A stretch of DNA of 64,000 nt from the human T2T-CHM13v2.0 reference genome, Homo sapiens (GCF_009914755.1 NC_060928.1), one strand, 5' to 3'; positions 1 to 21,617 are shown, counted from the stretch's first letter. Translations and numbers: made by a program. The notes: generated by a model not told the origin, from the sequence alone.

Positions 1-273
1 GCAGCAGGGGTTAATATAGCAGGAAAGAATGTAACAATGTGTAAGAAAACAGGAACTCGGGAGGGGCAAGGAAGTGATCCTGGTGAATGAGGGGTATGGC
101 ATCTGGTGTGGTGATCTGGGTTCTTTGATGCTTTTTGTAAGAGGCCTGAAGGTCATTTCTTGAGGAAGGAATTCAGATAAAACCAATGTAAGGTTCAAGC
201 CTTAACAGCAGAAGGGCCCATTTCTATGTTTATCCAGAAGCAACTGTCTATGGGACTCTTGGGGATGGTTTCA
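1..273 (-). mobile_element. ERV1 MER4-group LTR (LTR26-like), continues off the left edge
   Basis: Reverse complement starts TGAAACCATCCCCAAGAGTCCCATAGACAGTTG..GGATAAACATAGAAAT, matching my recollection of the LTR26-type 5' end; TG terminus at 273. Confidence 0.7.
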
Positions 274-4000
<3,727 letters not shown>

Positions 4001-4354
4001 TAAAGTGAGTTAACAGAGTAGCATCAAAATGATGGTAGTATTGTGACTGGGACATAAGATGCATAGATTCATGATACAGTGACAAAATGCAGTGTTCAAA
4101 TAGGATCCCCCATAACTCTATGCTGTAGGCATATACAATATTGTGACTAGTCCACTTATAGGACATTTCTGTTTCCAAAGTTGGCACGAAAAAAAAGAGA
4201 CAAAAAACAAAGACATGCCCAGCGAAGGTCTTGAGTGCTGGGATCTAGTTACAAAGGTTTGGGAAGTAGATTTTTTAATCTTAGAGGACTATTCATGGCT
4301 GATACTTTCTCAAATGTGCCTTAGAGATGCTTCCATTTGCAGCACACATTCCAT

Positions 4355-4830
4355 AGACCGCATCAATCACTCCATTCAGTCATCCTTGTCTGTGTCCTTG
4401 TCTTGCCACGTGTGTCTGCTATTCTTTCCACAATAGGTGACTCTGGGTCCAGGATTCAGACTTGCTTTAGCCAATAGGATGAGGTGAGATGACAGTATGG
4501 GCTTCACAAGGTTCACAGTACCTCTGCTTGCCCTTCTGTGTCTCGGCCTCAGCCATTTTTGGGGGTCTCAGGAGGAAGATAAAAGACAAGTGGGACAGAG
4601 CCACACCCAAGGACCCCAACCCAACCCAGACGGCTTACACTCGGCTGGTGACATGCGTGAGTTGGTCCAATTAAGACTGCAACTTCTGATCCTGTCCTGC
4701 CTGGATCCATCCACCCTGGGAACTTGTAAGAAATAGTGAGTGATTATAGTTTGAAGTCATTGAGTTTGGTGTGCATGTGCCTGTGCATTTGGGGTGGGGG
4801 GAGGCAACAGGTAATAATAAAGGTAACTAA
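4355..4830 (+). mobile_element. MaLR LTR (MLT1G/H-like)
   Basis: gacttgctttagccaataggatg and a 3' end ...tgattatagtttgaagtcattgagtttgg typical of MLT1. Confidence 0.65.
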
Positions 4831-6753
4831 TCTCAAAATTGTGGCCTTTTCTATTTCCAGGACCTCTGTAGAAATCATGTTTTTAGTATGTACAGACTGA
4901 ATGCTAAACTTTTGTCTCCAAAGAGTAAATACTGTCCACAGGGGAGGTCTACAGAAAAGAAGTAAATATATGAGTCATAATCAGTCTCAAGATATAGTAC
5001 ACATGTCACTGAATAAACTGATGAACCAAATGGCTGAAGAGGAAAATTTTTAATGCTCTGCTTCACACTAATAAAAACACAGTAGGCTCAATTTCCATAT
5101 TCTCTGAAATAATATAAATGATTTTGCAATGATATATTTACTTACATTTATTCTGCTCATTGAAATATTTCCTTTAAGGAAAAATACTTGGAATCCAACA
5201 AATTTCTTCACTCAGTATCTTCAGCACATATTCATACAGGTAAATAAGCAAACAATTTTTATTTAATATTTAAAGTATCAACTAAAACTATCTGAAAATT
5301 ATCAAGAATGTAAATGACTATAGAGCAGTTAATTTTTTTTTAAGAAAACTTACTGTCAACTTGTCTTTCCTTTGATGGGTGGGATAAAAGGAGTAAGTTA
5401 CAATTTCTTCCTTCATCTCTGCCTCTTTCAATGTCCCTTCCTTTATGCTCATGTCAGTCTCTCTTTAACCAAACTTGTAAGCTAAGTCTGGCAAGACACA
5501 TAGCATTTTTCAAGAAGTCAATAAACATTTAGCCCTCTGAGGAGACATCAAAGAAGCAAATTAAATTTGTTACAACGACTTGATCCGTGTTCTTTTGGTC
5601 TAATGATTTAAGCCCCAAATCCAAAAGTTAAAAGAAAGCAGAATTAGTTTTAAATCACTTTGCACTTAATCTCTCTTTGCCTCTTCTCTCCCCACAGTAC
5701 TCATTCTTTTTACCTAGAATATTCTTTCTTAAATATACTAGGATACAAACTCTAATATACACAGGGAAATTTGAGCCTTTAGTGCCCAACAGTGCTCCTC
5801 ACAGCACTTAGCATGGGGATTTGTGACAGGTGCTCACTCTGCTATAAACCAATGTTGTCTGATACACCAATTGACCTAGCATGACCATTCATATTGAAAA
5901 TCTTTGTGTTATCAAGGTTAATCTTTTCCTATTCACAAATTCCTTGAAAACATGATACATAGTGTCAAATATTGCCAAAATTGTGAGGTGTTGTATCTAA
6001 AACTGCAGCCTTTATTTTTTAAGGTGTTATAATAGTAAAATTCCAGGAAGAAATATGCCAAGATTGATGGAAATACTATTGTGTTTCACAAACAAATCTC
6101 AATGTATTTATATGTACGAGTAGTCTTCAACTTTACAACAACAGAAAAATTAAATAAGAACTCTAACAAAAATTTGTTTTTCTTTTTGAATGTTGACCAA
6201 TTTGTGATTTTAAAATTTTTACTTGTGTCTCTGTTAAGTCTTTGAGACTATCCATTTTGCTTTTCTGATCTTAAGTTCTTTCCAAAAACACAGAAACTCT
6301 CCAAGCTGTCAGTGTCCCAGATGGAACCAAAGTTGTAGTTTGCACTGGACATTAAATGCCGAACTTGAAATTAATCAGATCTCTACTTGAGTAAAATGAA
6401 AGCTATCCAACGAAAAAGCACCAAAATATTGTACCTACACAGCCAGGAAAACATCAAAGGCCTTCAAAAAGCTAATATATCTAGTGTTGACAACCTAGTA
6501 CCACACAAGAACTATGGGAATGCCAAGGTTACAATGTACTAAAAGCGCCTCCATGAAGAGATGAAATGGTCAAATGTCCAGGACTCTTTGAGAAAATAGG
6601 GGTAAATAGCTAAAGAATATTGAAGTTGCTCCAATAATCACCAATATGTTTCTTCTGGTTTTTCTTCCCCAACTAGAATTAAAAATTGTGTATGCTCCAA
6701 TTTTATGCTTGAAATATAAAAGAATCAAAATTTTGAATAACACACAAGTAGAT

Positions 6754-7140
6754 GTTTTTATTTACTTTTTAATTTTATGGATACATAGTAGGTATAAATA
6801 TTTATGGGGTACATGAGATATTTTGACATAGGCATGCAATGCATAATAATGACATAAGAGTAAATGGTTTCAATTTAGAAAGATATTTTTGCTGGATACA
6901 GAATTCTAGGTTGGGAGGGACTTTTGCTCTTGTTGCTTTTTGGCACAGTCTTGCTTTCATTATTTGTGATAAAAAGTTAGCAGGATTTCTCATTTTTGTT
7001 TCTCTTTATCTCTGACTGCATTTAAGAGTTTCTCTTAATGTATTTTCAACAATCTTATTATAATGTGCCTTGATATGTTTTTCTTAGTGTTTCTCATGCT
7101 TAGGGTTTGTCAAGATTTTTGATCTACAGGTATATTTTTA
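6754..7140 (-). mobile_element. L1 fragments (L1MA-like 3' end plus old L1M ORF1 piece)
   Basis: tttatggggtacatgagatattttgacataggcatgcaatg; gatatttttgctggatacagaattctaggttgg. Confidence 0.7.
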
Positions 7141-7889
7141 TTAGAAAGGGGATCATGAGTTAACCAGACATGAGCCATGCTTGGGAAGCTGTTACTGCTC
7201 CTGCGGCTACAGACACAATGGAAAGAGGTAAGGTTTCCACATGGACAATCACGGCGGGTTTCCTGACAGAAGCAGGGTTCACTGAAGGTGGGTGACTGGG
7301 AGAAATACTTTGGTTTTTCCATACCTGTTCTTCCCTAATCTTCTGTCAGTACCTCCTATAGTCAGAATTTACCCTGTGATGAACAGCAGAGCATGTGAAG
7401 GCTGGAAACGGAGCTCAGAGAAAATCAGCAGCTGCCCCTCACAAAAGCAACGTATTCTGATTTCTTCACTGTGGGATTCATGCCATCTGGAAGAACAACT
7501 GGGCATATATTTGTTGAATGAATGAATGAAATATAACTAAACTCATGTTTTATTATTGAGAAAATTGAAGCTCCTGCGGGCTTCACAATTTACTCAGGTG
7601 GTTAAGAACTAGGACTTAAATTTAGGCTATTTCATATTTTAACATAGCAATCACCTCTGACTTCTGTAAATTGAATCATATTTTAAATCCATATGAGAAC
7701 TTTCTTTCCAAAGACACTCTGTATTGCGTTTTTTGCAAAACTGAAAATCCTTTATCACCTTTTTAGGTAGATTTTTCAAATTTCAGTTTCTCTTCAAGCT
7801 TTCTGGACTATTTCTTTCGCTGGGAGGTTTTACATAACAACTCTATTTTAAAAGAACAGAGCATTTCAAAAGGGTTATCATTTTGGTAA

Positions 7890-8110
7890 AAGAGTCAGCA
7901 TAATGTGAAAGAAAGAGCATGGTTTTTGATACCAGATAGTACTACATTCTGATCTAGGATTTGCAAGTAATAGCAATTAGACATTAGAGAAAACACTTAA
8001 CTTTCCTGGTCCTTGATTCCTTATTCTGTGAACTGGGGATAATAATACCTTCTCTAATCATGTCACAGAACTGTAAGAATGAAATTAGATGATGCGTATG
8101 TTATGCAAAT
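7890..8110 (+). mobile_element. MIR
   Basis: MIR core cacttaactttcctggtccttgattccttattctgtgaactggggataataatacct. Confidence 0.7.
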
Positions 8111-8507
8111 ATATTTCTTACTATTGCTTAGCTGTGAGTCACCTTCTCTCCAGATTAGCTTTTATTACTGATACTCATTGTGGACATAGAGTCCAGCTGA
8201 TAGCTGGATGGGTGGGTATGGCTGAAGCAGAAGCATAGAATGTAAGAGACCTGCAATAGAGACTTCATTGTCTGATGAGATCTAGTGAGAACAGCAACAC
8301 TCATAGCAGGTAAAAGTGCTGCAAAAAGTTGGTAGGAGGCAGTAAGAAAGTAACTGAGATGAATCTACTTATTTTGCATTTCCTATGCTAATGGTCATCT
8401 TCATTAATAAAGACAATCCAGTCACTTTAAACCAGAGGCTGGCATCACAGTAAAAAGGGACCATTTCCATTCTTCCAGTATCTATCCTTGGCACTTAAAT
8501 CCACGTG

Positions 8508-8910
8508 ATTTTTTAACAGCTTTATTGAGATGTAATTCACAGAACACACAATTCACCCATTTAAGAACACAGTTCAATGGCTTTTACTGTATACACAGAG
8601 TTATGCATCTATTGCCATGATCAATTTTAGAATCTTTTCACTACCCCCAAAAGGACCTCTCTCGGGTCCCTTAGCCATTACCCCTTGAGAAATTCCCCCA
8701 GCCCTGGGGAGCCCCTCATTTACTTTCTGTCTCTATAGACTTGCTTGTTCTGGACGTATTCACATGAATGGAATTATACAATATGTAGTGTTTTGTAGCT
8801 GGCCTATTTCGCTTAACATAATGTATTTGAGGTTCACCATGTTGTAACATGTATCAGTACTTTATTTCTTTTTATAGCTACATAATATTTGCTATATATT
8901 TTTTCAAGCA
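8508..8910 (-). mobile_element. L1MB-type 3' end
   Basis: ttttaacagctttattgagatgtaattcaca...aattcacccatttaag. Confidence 0.8.
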
Positions 8911-10630
8911 TTCCACTTCACTGTTATTTGTTTTTCCACTTAATTTACCTGTTCTGATCATATGTAAGATCAAAGGAGTCCTTGGGTGTTATGAATTCAA
9001 CCACTGTTTAATCTTGAAGAGAGAAAGTCTAAATTGTCAGAGGGTCCTGAGTCAAACACTTTCCTGTGTGCAGGAGGACACGGGGCCAGGCCCTGCCCTC
9101 TGACTGTGCACCACTGGCTTCCTCTAACACCGACTCCAAAATGGTAGAAATTCTCCTCCAGATAACATTTAATCATTATAAAATGCTTCCTTATCAAGGA
9201 ACTCATAATCTGATCCCAAATTTGTATTGGTAAATAGGTAAAAGAGAACTATATATTTGAAGCATAAAATATAATTACTGGCCAAAATTCTCCAGATAAT
9301 TTTAAAATAGACATATCTTACAATGAGCCCCCCAGATTGCCTTTTAAAATGATAATGTAAAATGTTTGCCTGGTCTCACTGATTACTTGGTAAATTCTGA
9401 ATATGATGACTTTCTGTTCTTACAATCCATAAACGCAACAGCTATAAAAGCCACAAGAGTCTTGATGACAATGAAGAAGCATTTCTGTGCTGACAAAGTC
9501 ATTCTGCTTTAGAACTGTGGATACTATAAGCCAACATAAGTCTTCTCTTTTCCTCCCCATAGCATGTCATAAACTTTCTGAGACCATTTGTACCAACGAG
9601 ACCCAGAGCATGCATTTATATGCAATTGCTGACGTTTAAAATGCGATAATTTAATACCAGTACTAACAGAAGCTGCAGAATCAAGTGCTATTGGTCCTGC
9701 TATTTACACTAAAATGGGTAACCCCAGTGTGAGTGACGGCGAAGTCCTTTCAAACCCAGAGGTTAAAATCTTACTTCCTTTCTTACACTCCTTTTCATCT
9801 TTGCTTCGGTGTAAAATCTGCATGACTTATTATGCCATTGTTGAACTGCTCTCTGACCTCATTAACATTCTTATCTCCCAGAAAAAAAAAAAATGTTACA
9901 AGAGACCTGTCTGGTTATTATCTCTGCCACCTAAGACCTAAAGCTTCACTATAATTTCCAAATACATCTACCTTGAAATATCTAAGCTTACGTGTCTCAG
10001 CTACTTCCCCAAGTATGCTGAATTCTAACGGTAGAGATTCACTAAACCTATTTTCTTTTTCACACTTCATAATCCCTGGTACAGGAAATGGCTCAAAGCA
10101 CTAAATTTGATTTGTTTTTCAAAAAACAACAAAGCCATAAAATTCTAGAACAGTAACACTCAATCTTAGGATATACAACAGGATACAGCTACAGATAAGA
10201 GCTCTTGGTTTATTCCGGTGTTTCAATAGGTATGAAATTGATTTTTGCAAATAGAAAATTGGCAGATTATAATTTTACTTGTGGAACATTTAGCATATTA
10301 ATTATGAGTTTGAAAATTGCATTTTCGAATGATAGTGAGGGCAGCATAAGAACTGTGAAAGGATAAAAGGCATATCTCGAAAAAATTTTAAGACATATAA
10401 GTAAGTATATCTTCAATAATAATTTAATGATTGAAATAATATTACTTATTACTGTTTTAGGAGCACTTGATGTTTCTAGTAACACCCTGGCAGTTCTGTG
10501 CTCCTTCCCAGATCTTTCCATTTCTACCCCAACTTAAAGAAAATAACATTACAGCTGAAATCAAAGAGAATTTAAGCATCATTTGGTTTGAGAATTATCT
10601 TTCTCACTGGGTGGTTGTCAGACAACCTAA

Positions 10631-10941
<311 letters not shown>

Positions 10942-13399
10942 AACGCTTGGCTTCTTTTATAGCTTCCTCCAAAAGTGTGATTCAAGTCGGTATGAGGGTA
11001 GGGTGTAGGGCTGTTTGCTGAGACAGTGTTGTCCCCAAACTCACACACACAAACACACACATATACACCTGTGTTTACCTATATATGCCTGTGTATATGT
11101 GTAAACGTGTGGATCTCTATCTATAGATTCATCTACTGTTGGCCAATAGGACATAAAAAAAATCCAAGTTTTTTTTCATTCTTCTGCTCTGCTGGGCGGC
11201 TGGGGGTCAGGGGAATTGCCGTTTCTTCTCACAACAGAGACTTATTTTCGGTATCTGTCCTCTACTTCTTCCTCATTAATAAAACCCTGCATTTCAGATG
11301 GACTCAAATAAAGATCACATCCATTTCTCCCCTTGAAGTCAGCGACAGTAATGCATACAACTTACTATACCTGTTCTTTAAAAAGGGAGCCTAGTCTTCT
11401 CTTGCTGTTTCCTGCTGGTAGGAACACAGACACACGTGTGCGTAAACACACACACACACTGTGGGAGAGATGGAGCAGTTCTTGCCCCCTCGGACTACAG
11501 AGTGGAAGCTGCATGCTCCCAGCCTGCACATGGCAAGCATGGAGGTTCCTGAGGCTTGTGGAGCTCCTACAGCCTCACTGGGCTCACTTCACATGTAAGT
11601 GTTCACCAAACGTAGGTAGGCTTCTCATCAATATTCACTGGGTCAATCTCCACTTTATTCTTTGTGTCTAAGTTCAAATCCTCTTAAGCTCTTACCTAGG
11701 GTTTGGTAATGATCTCAAAATTGTTCTTTCTCTCTCCAGATCTCTCCCTCCCTTATTGTCTTCTGCCTGCTGTTGCCAAAATACAATTTGTAATGTACAA
11801 GTCTGCTCATAGAAAATAAGTAACAGAATCAGAATTCTAACTTATGTCTATCTTGATACAGAGCTAGAAATATTAGAGACATTGTGGATAGCTAGGAAAA
11901 AAAGGAGAAATTTGACCTAAAAAGAGGGCACGTGTTAAACTCAAATGACAGATGAAAGGTATGCAAGGGCTGAGCATGCCGGAGAAGACGTGACGGCTAT
12001 GTTCCCTGTGTTAGGTCATGGGTGAGTTATTGCTTGCCATTATTTCATTTGTACCTTTATATTTAGCATCATATCTGAAGCAGCTTTTACACAACCTGGA
12101 ATTGCTGTGAATGAGCAGCCACTAAGAACGAGTGCAGGAGATGAGAAGTGAGTGACATTTCCCAGCAGTTAAAAACACTTCCTGCACAAAGCCATGCCTG
12201 ACTCACATTCACCCGTGAACATCATTCTCTCCCTGTAAATTCTGCATGAGAATAATCCTAGGGTTTCTCAGTTATTACCATGAATTGTTCATTAGATTGC
12301 GCACATGGTGATTTTATCTATTGAACAGTTGAACCTACTTGAACAATTCTATACTTCTCCATAACAACCCACGGTGTAATATCACATTTTTAAAAAACAC
12401 TAAATGAATGAGCTTAATTGAGTTGGGTATTTTGTAATTGAGGAAGAGGCAAAATACATTTTTTGAAGAGTAACTCCTTGATGAGAGATGTTAAATGATT
12501 CATGAATCCACATCAGTGATGGGGCTAGATAATGCAGGGTTTTCATTCTTAGATCAGAATCCTTAGTCTATCATTAGACCCACCAGATCCAAAAGATAAC
12601 TTTATAAAGTCAAAGAAATGATTTTGTCTACTTGACTTATAGCCTGGATCATACAGGAATATTTTGTTTTCATACATGAAAAATGATCATATTTCCTCAC
12701 TGATGTTTTACAATCCAAACTAAAGCAAATCCAAACTAAAGCAAAATCAGATGGTTTTACAATCCAAACTAAAGCAAAACGGTACTTTGAGAATAAAGAG
12801 TTAAAGACACTGCCTTTATACAAATAAAACACCATGTGTATTAAAATATATGATCCCTAATGAGATGGTATTTGAATGAGAAAAGCTGGGCATATCATAA
12901 TTCTTAGCCTAGATATCGTAACTGTGCTTTAGAATTGGACCAAGACACTTTCTTACTAAGAACTATCTTTAGAAGCCATTGTGTGCAAATAACTTCTTTC
13001 TTTAACTAGTTGGTGGCCTTTTATTCTGTGAGGTATTTAACATTTAAGTCTGAGTCACTTGCTTTTAATGTGCCACAATGATGTGATCCCTTAATATCGC
13101 TGAACTATGACAGTGACATCCTCTTTGAAAAGACCAAGCTACCATTAGAAATGGGTCATGAAGCAAAAGTCATTAACTCATTTAAAAAAGGCCAGAGCCC
13201 AGCACCGCATTACTGACAAACCTCCTTCCCTGTGTCCATTTGTCTTTATCAAATATCACTTTAATATCCATCTCCCAAGCATGAGATAGGGTTGTGAAGC
13301 AGCTCCCTTTGAAAAATTAAAACCCTTAGCAATTAAATTTGCTTTCAAGTTTCACTTTAGATGAGCAACTTAATTCTTGTATGCAATATTATAAAGTAA

Positions 13400-13758
<359 letters not shown>

Positions 13759-15359
13759 TTGAGGACTCTTAAAAGAGGAAAATTCAATTAATAGAGTCAA
13801 TGATGAAAAAGTCAAGACAGAGTTTCTAATATTTTCCTTGATGTTAGTTTTGCAGAAAGACAACATGAGATAGAGGTCGTATCTTTTCCACATACCAAAT
13901 GAGAGGTTTATTTTAAAATAATGTTAAAGTAGTAACACAAATGATAGGGAATAATATATGTCAACGTGAGTGGGCTTCTTGTACTAACATTTTAAGTTTT
14001 ATATCAGAATGAGCTTCCGCCTTCAGCATTCAAATGGAAATTTCTCACAACAAGGAAAGATAATCTATGCTCTAGGAATCCCCTTCTGGTAGACAACCTT
14101 TGTAGAATCAATTTTTACGTCTGTTTTCCTCTGTTATATCTCTCAGAAAACAAAAAGTTTCATGAATTTTTTCTTCTCTGGGCTCTCAGCTACAGATGCT
14201 GTTGCAAAATGAGGCAAGAGTGAGTTCTGCCAAGAGCAATGTCCATCATGCAAAATGCCTACTACCTAGGAGCTTTCAGAAGAAGTAAGACAAAGGCTGA
14301 ACATAGTAGAAGTTTGTGTTTCTTTCCTTCAACTGACCCCATGACAGGAAGCAGGTGGTGGCAGCTGTTTATCCAATAAAAGTATTTTTGTTTGTTTTGT
14401 TTTCTTTTGCTTTGAATGGAGTCGCCTATCATCTCAGATCTCAGATATACCTATAAATAAAATTTTAAAATTTAAATATTCAAATATTTTGGCCAATGTG
14501 CAACACAATCCGGTTGCTCTTTAAAAGCAGAGATAAAGCTATTTTATAGGCAAAGCAAAGCGCACAGTCACAACAGAACAGCACTGGATGTTTGCGTTTT
14601 ACTTATTTTATTTTTATTTTTTATTGATTTTTATTTTTGTTTTTTTTTACAAGACGGTACTTTCATTATTGAACTTTAAACATGAAAGATTACATTTCTA
14701 CAAATATAATAGAACAAAAATGAATGTGGAGAAAAAAGGAATTATGGTAACTGTACAGGGCATGAAATGGGCACTTTCCGATGATTGAGCAAGAAATTAA
14801 GTACAGATTATAATACATTCTTTTTAAATTCATTTGACACATTTTATCTTTATTTATAACCTATTCTTGTCTTCATTTTCCTCCTCCCTCCTCCCTTCCT
14901 CTTCCCCCTTTCTTCCTTTGTCTACCACTCTGATCTTCATTTTTCATTTCACTTTTTTCTTTTTTATTAAGCATTTGTCATGTATTTTATAAATCTATAC
15001 TCCTCTGTTACAATAGGTATTAGTTATTCTGCAGCAGATCACCTCAGAGGGCCCCACGCACCCCACAATAATCCCTCCACAAACCCCCTCCACATTTGTT
15101 TCTCAGAGCTGAATCTTTAAGGCCACCTGCTGCTGGGGGCAGGCGCCCTCCAATCCGGCAGCTTGGATGGAGCTGAAGCTGTCCACGCGGAGGCTCCTGG
15201 GCCCCTGACCTGGCCTCACGGTGTCTCCTTCGGCTGCTGCTACATCCTTCCTCCTACCTCTGCTGCTGCTGCTGTTCTATTATACGTCCGACCTTGACCC
15301 AGCTCTGTTGCGGTGTTGACACCTGTCTGTCAGCACTCGTTGAATTTTAGAAAATGCTT

Positions 15360-17125
<1,766 letters not shown>

Positions 17126-17289
17126 CTCATAAAGGTGTAAGGGCCGTATTTGTGCCAGTCTTGGGTAAGTTTGAGGAAAAAGCTAGGGTTAAGATAAAAT
17201 GCAGAGAGCCCAGGCATTGTAGGATCCCTCTCATCCAATGACATTCCTCCAAACAGTCCTTCTGATCATGGCTGTACTTCAAAGTCTTA

Positions 17290-17736
<447 letters not shown>

Positions 17737-18689
17737 TTACAAGACTTTTGATCTGCTTACTATAACTTCAGAACACATCTGTAAGAAACTGGGCTATTGT
17801 TACTTTTTGCTATTCTGGAGGAATTTTTTTTAATGAATTATGAAAACTTTTCTACAATCTATTATGTTGTTCTCTTGCCAAAACTTTCAACCATGGTTCA
17901 AACCAGGACCATCTACCTAGTTTTCCCATCCACATCAACTCAAGCCAGCCTTCAGTCTCCCTAGGGTGGTTTCTCTCTCCTCTCTCCCTCCATCTCTCCC
18001 TTCCTCATTCCCTCCCTCCATCCCTTCTCTCTCTCTATGTCTGTCTGTCTGTCTCTCTCTCTCTTCCTGGTATCTTTCTCCTTGTATCTACAGTTTGTCC
18101 CACATTGATTTTGGGGGACTGCAGCAATCAGCAGCCTCAGCTTTTCCCAGAGGCCTTGCTCATACCTCCCAGGCCTGAACACCTAAAGAACCCATAGCTG
18201 CTGGACCCAGGAGGGATGGTTGACCAGTTGATTGGAGTTAGGAGGGAAGCACAGTTGGAATGCGTTCTAACTGCCATATCCCTAGAATCCTTTGGTGTTT
18301 AATATTTAGTGCAATAATTTTCATGTAGATTGAATTTAACTAAAGCAAGTGTCATGGCTTTGTCAGGAATCTTAATCATGAAACTTTCCTTGGCTTCCAG
18401 TATCTATTTGTGGTAAATGTTAACATGTACCTGACTAGGTGGCTCCTGTTGAAAGCAATTGCAAAAATAAAGGCATAGAGAAGTATGAGTGAAGGTCTGG
18501 ATTACACTTTCTTTCAAATAAGAATTCAGCATGCATTCTTTTTTCCAGAGATCTTAATTCAAGATCCATAATATTGCATCTTTCTCTTTTCTTCTAAACC
18601 ACAGGGTAAATGAGCCCTAAAATAATTGTGGGTTCTGAATCTTCACTGGATTCTACTTATGTCACCTGTCTCTTCAATTCTCTAACTAC

Positions 18690-19095
18690 ACCCTCCAGAC
18701 ACAACCTCTGAATAAGTGTCCCCAAGCACCTGACACTCTCACTTCCACGCCTTTGCAGATTCCTTCCGGCATGGAATACTCCGCACTTCTCATCTTATTC
18801 TCTTGTTCTGCCTATTCTCTGCTCATGCTGAAGAGGCTTCTTGGCGCCTTTTCACTAAGACGATTGGTGACGAGGCCTTCTCCTGGAAGCATGACATCAC
18901 TCACCTCTCCCAGCCGACGCCATGCTCAAGTCTCCTTGCATGAGACCATCATACTCTGGTTTGGATTTTGTAATTTTTATTTGACTTTTTCTGCCACTGG
19001 AATATAGGGTCTTTGAGATCAGGACTCTATGTCCTAGACATTTTTACACTCAACCTTAGCCCCAGTTAGCTTTTAGACAAGTAATTATTGAATGG
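18690..19095 (+). mobile_element. L2 3' region
   Basis: gcctttgcagattccttccggcatggaatactc ... tctttgagatcaggactctatgtc ... attattgaatg. Confidence 0.6.
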
Positions 19096-20110
19096 CAGTA
19101 AATATTCCTTGGGTTTCACTGAAGTCTGCTCTAAATGCAGTTGAGTTTAATGATCAAGAGCTTGGACTCTAGCATCAAATGTGAGTTCAGATTATTTCTC
19201 CATTACCTCCTAGTTGACTAACACCTACTTTCTGACTATAACAACAAATGTTACTGATAACTATTTCTAGGAAATTCATTAATAACATATCTATTATGTA
19301 GTAACTTATCAATAAAGACAAGCTGTTGTAATTTGATCAGGTCAACTTCCTTTCATTAAAAAAAAGGTGAAATTAACTAAATTTATCTTTGGTATGCCCA
19401 AAACCACTCTCCCATCTCTCCAGTAACTTCTCTGTGTCTTTATGTGACTCGGGACACTTCTTTGTCAGGAGATAAAATACTTTGATGAGGAGATTTACAT
19501 AAAGGCGTAAGTAAGAACGACTTAAAAAATTATCTTTGATAACATAGTTGCTGCTAATCCAAAGGAGAAACTTTAATGCTGGAATGGCAGGCATTAACAA
19601 TAAATAAACCGCTGGAAGTAATTTTGAACGGGATGGCCTATGGGAAACATCCTAGAAATCTTACTATGTAAGGAATCTACTTACTCATTTATTCACTAAG
19701 TTGAAAAATTCATACTGAATTCTTGCTGTGGGAAATATTTTTCTGGGTGTGTAGAAATGTAGAGATTTATATTACTTACTTTTATCCTCAAACGTGCTCA
19801 TAATCTAACAAAGCAGACAATAATATCTTGTATTTATATTGTTTTACATATATTTACTTATAATAACTATCTTGTGATGAAGGTTAAGAATTTCATTCCC
19901 AGTGTTCAGGTTTGGAAAAGGAATTGGATTTACCCAAGGTGATACAGCTAGAAAGAGGAGAAATCTATACTCATATGCAGTTCTCCTGAATATAATTATT
20001 TTTCCCCCATGACACAATGCCTATACAACCATAATCCAAATAAACTGATAGGTATCATAAGTGCCAAAGTAATACATTTAGATGAGAGTAAAATTAATGT
20101 TTGCAATTAA

Positions 20111-20569
<459 letters not shown>

Positions 20570-20717
20570 TAGAACAGATCATATTGTAGGAAGGCCAACC
20601 ACCCTGGCTGACTAGAATATGGGGTATGTGAAAGAAAGAAGTGGTTTTGATAATATTTAAAATATAGATTGGAACTAGATTATAGAGAATTGTAAGTTTT
20701 CACTCTTTTCCAAAGCC

Positions 20718-21200
20718 AGTAGTACTCAGGCCTGGCTCAGAATCAGAGTCGATTTTGCAGCTTTTTTTTTGAAATGCCCACGCCTTGGCAGCACTCCCAG
20801 AGATCCTATTCATTAGCTCTCAGGTGCATGGACATCTGCATATTTTAAGATTCCTCTATTGATCCTGCCCTGTAGGTACAGTAGAGGGTCCGCGTCATGG
20901 TGATTGAAGCGCGGTCCACTTGGCGTGTGGTCTGTAGACTGTGCTAGTTTTCAAAGGATTAGTGCCCATGAAGAGAAATTGAATAGTGAAAGGGTAAAAA
21001 CTGTATAGCAGTTTGATGAAGTAATTTTATATCTGTTGAGACACAGAACTTAAAAATGGCAATGTGTTTTATATGTGTTTTGTTCATTCTTGCACAATTC
21101 ATCTTATTATATTTTACAAAGATATTGTTACCTGAGAATTGGAAATTAAAAACAAAAACAAAACTGGGTTTTTCACACAGATAATCTAGGAAGTGTCATC
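20718..21200. mobile_element. Adjacent hAT-Charlie MITE relics (MER5A-like, then a second Charlie-type element)
   Basis: cagtagtactca..tcagaatca..cactcccagagatcctattca..atctgcatattttaa (MER5A-like); gtgtggtctgtagactgtgctag..aactgggtttttcacacagataat. Confidence 0.55.
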
Positions 21201-21617
21201 ACTCCAGGCCACGGTGGCATTCGTGAATGGGAAACAATGTTTGGAAAGTGTGCCGTTTTGACATCAGTGTGGCTCTGGCACGTTGGATGGATGAGATGAG
21301 TAGGAATCAGTGTGAAGTCCGCATTACAACATGCTTGGATTCAGTTATGCCAATGGTAATGGAAAGAAAGAGGAAAGATTTCAGAGAAGTATGCAAAGAA
21401 AAAAAAGAAACAAACTGTCAATAGATAGAATAAAAGAAAAGATAAAATCTAAAAATGTTCTTGATGTTTCATGCCTGCGTGACTGAAAAAAAAAGTGCTA
21501 CTGTTTAGAAGTATGTAGATATCATTAAGAACATTTGGGGGCAAAAAGGGGGTGGAAGTGAGGGTGGAGACAGTGATTTTAGCTCTAGGCACATTCAGTT
21601 TAAGAAGTCTGAAGTAA

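Noticed and set aside
5670-5697. Strong polypyrimidine acceptor ending ccccacag
   Set aside because: No convincing downstream donor or open frame
7150-7445. Possible LTR33-like ERVL LTR relic
   Set aside because: Resemblance too weak to call without a profile search
12702-12779. CRISPR-like short repeats
   Set aside because: Eukaryotic DNA; only three irregularly spaced copies without unique spacers of constant length
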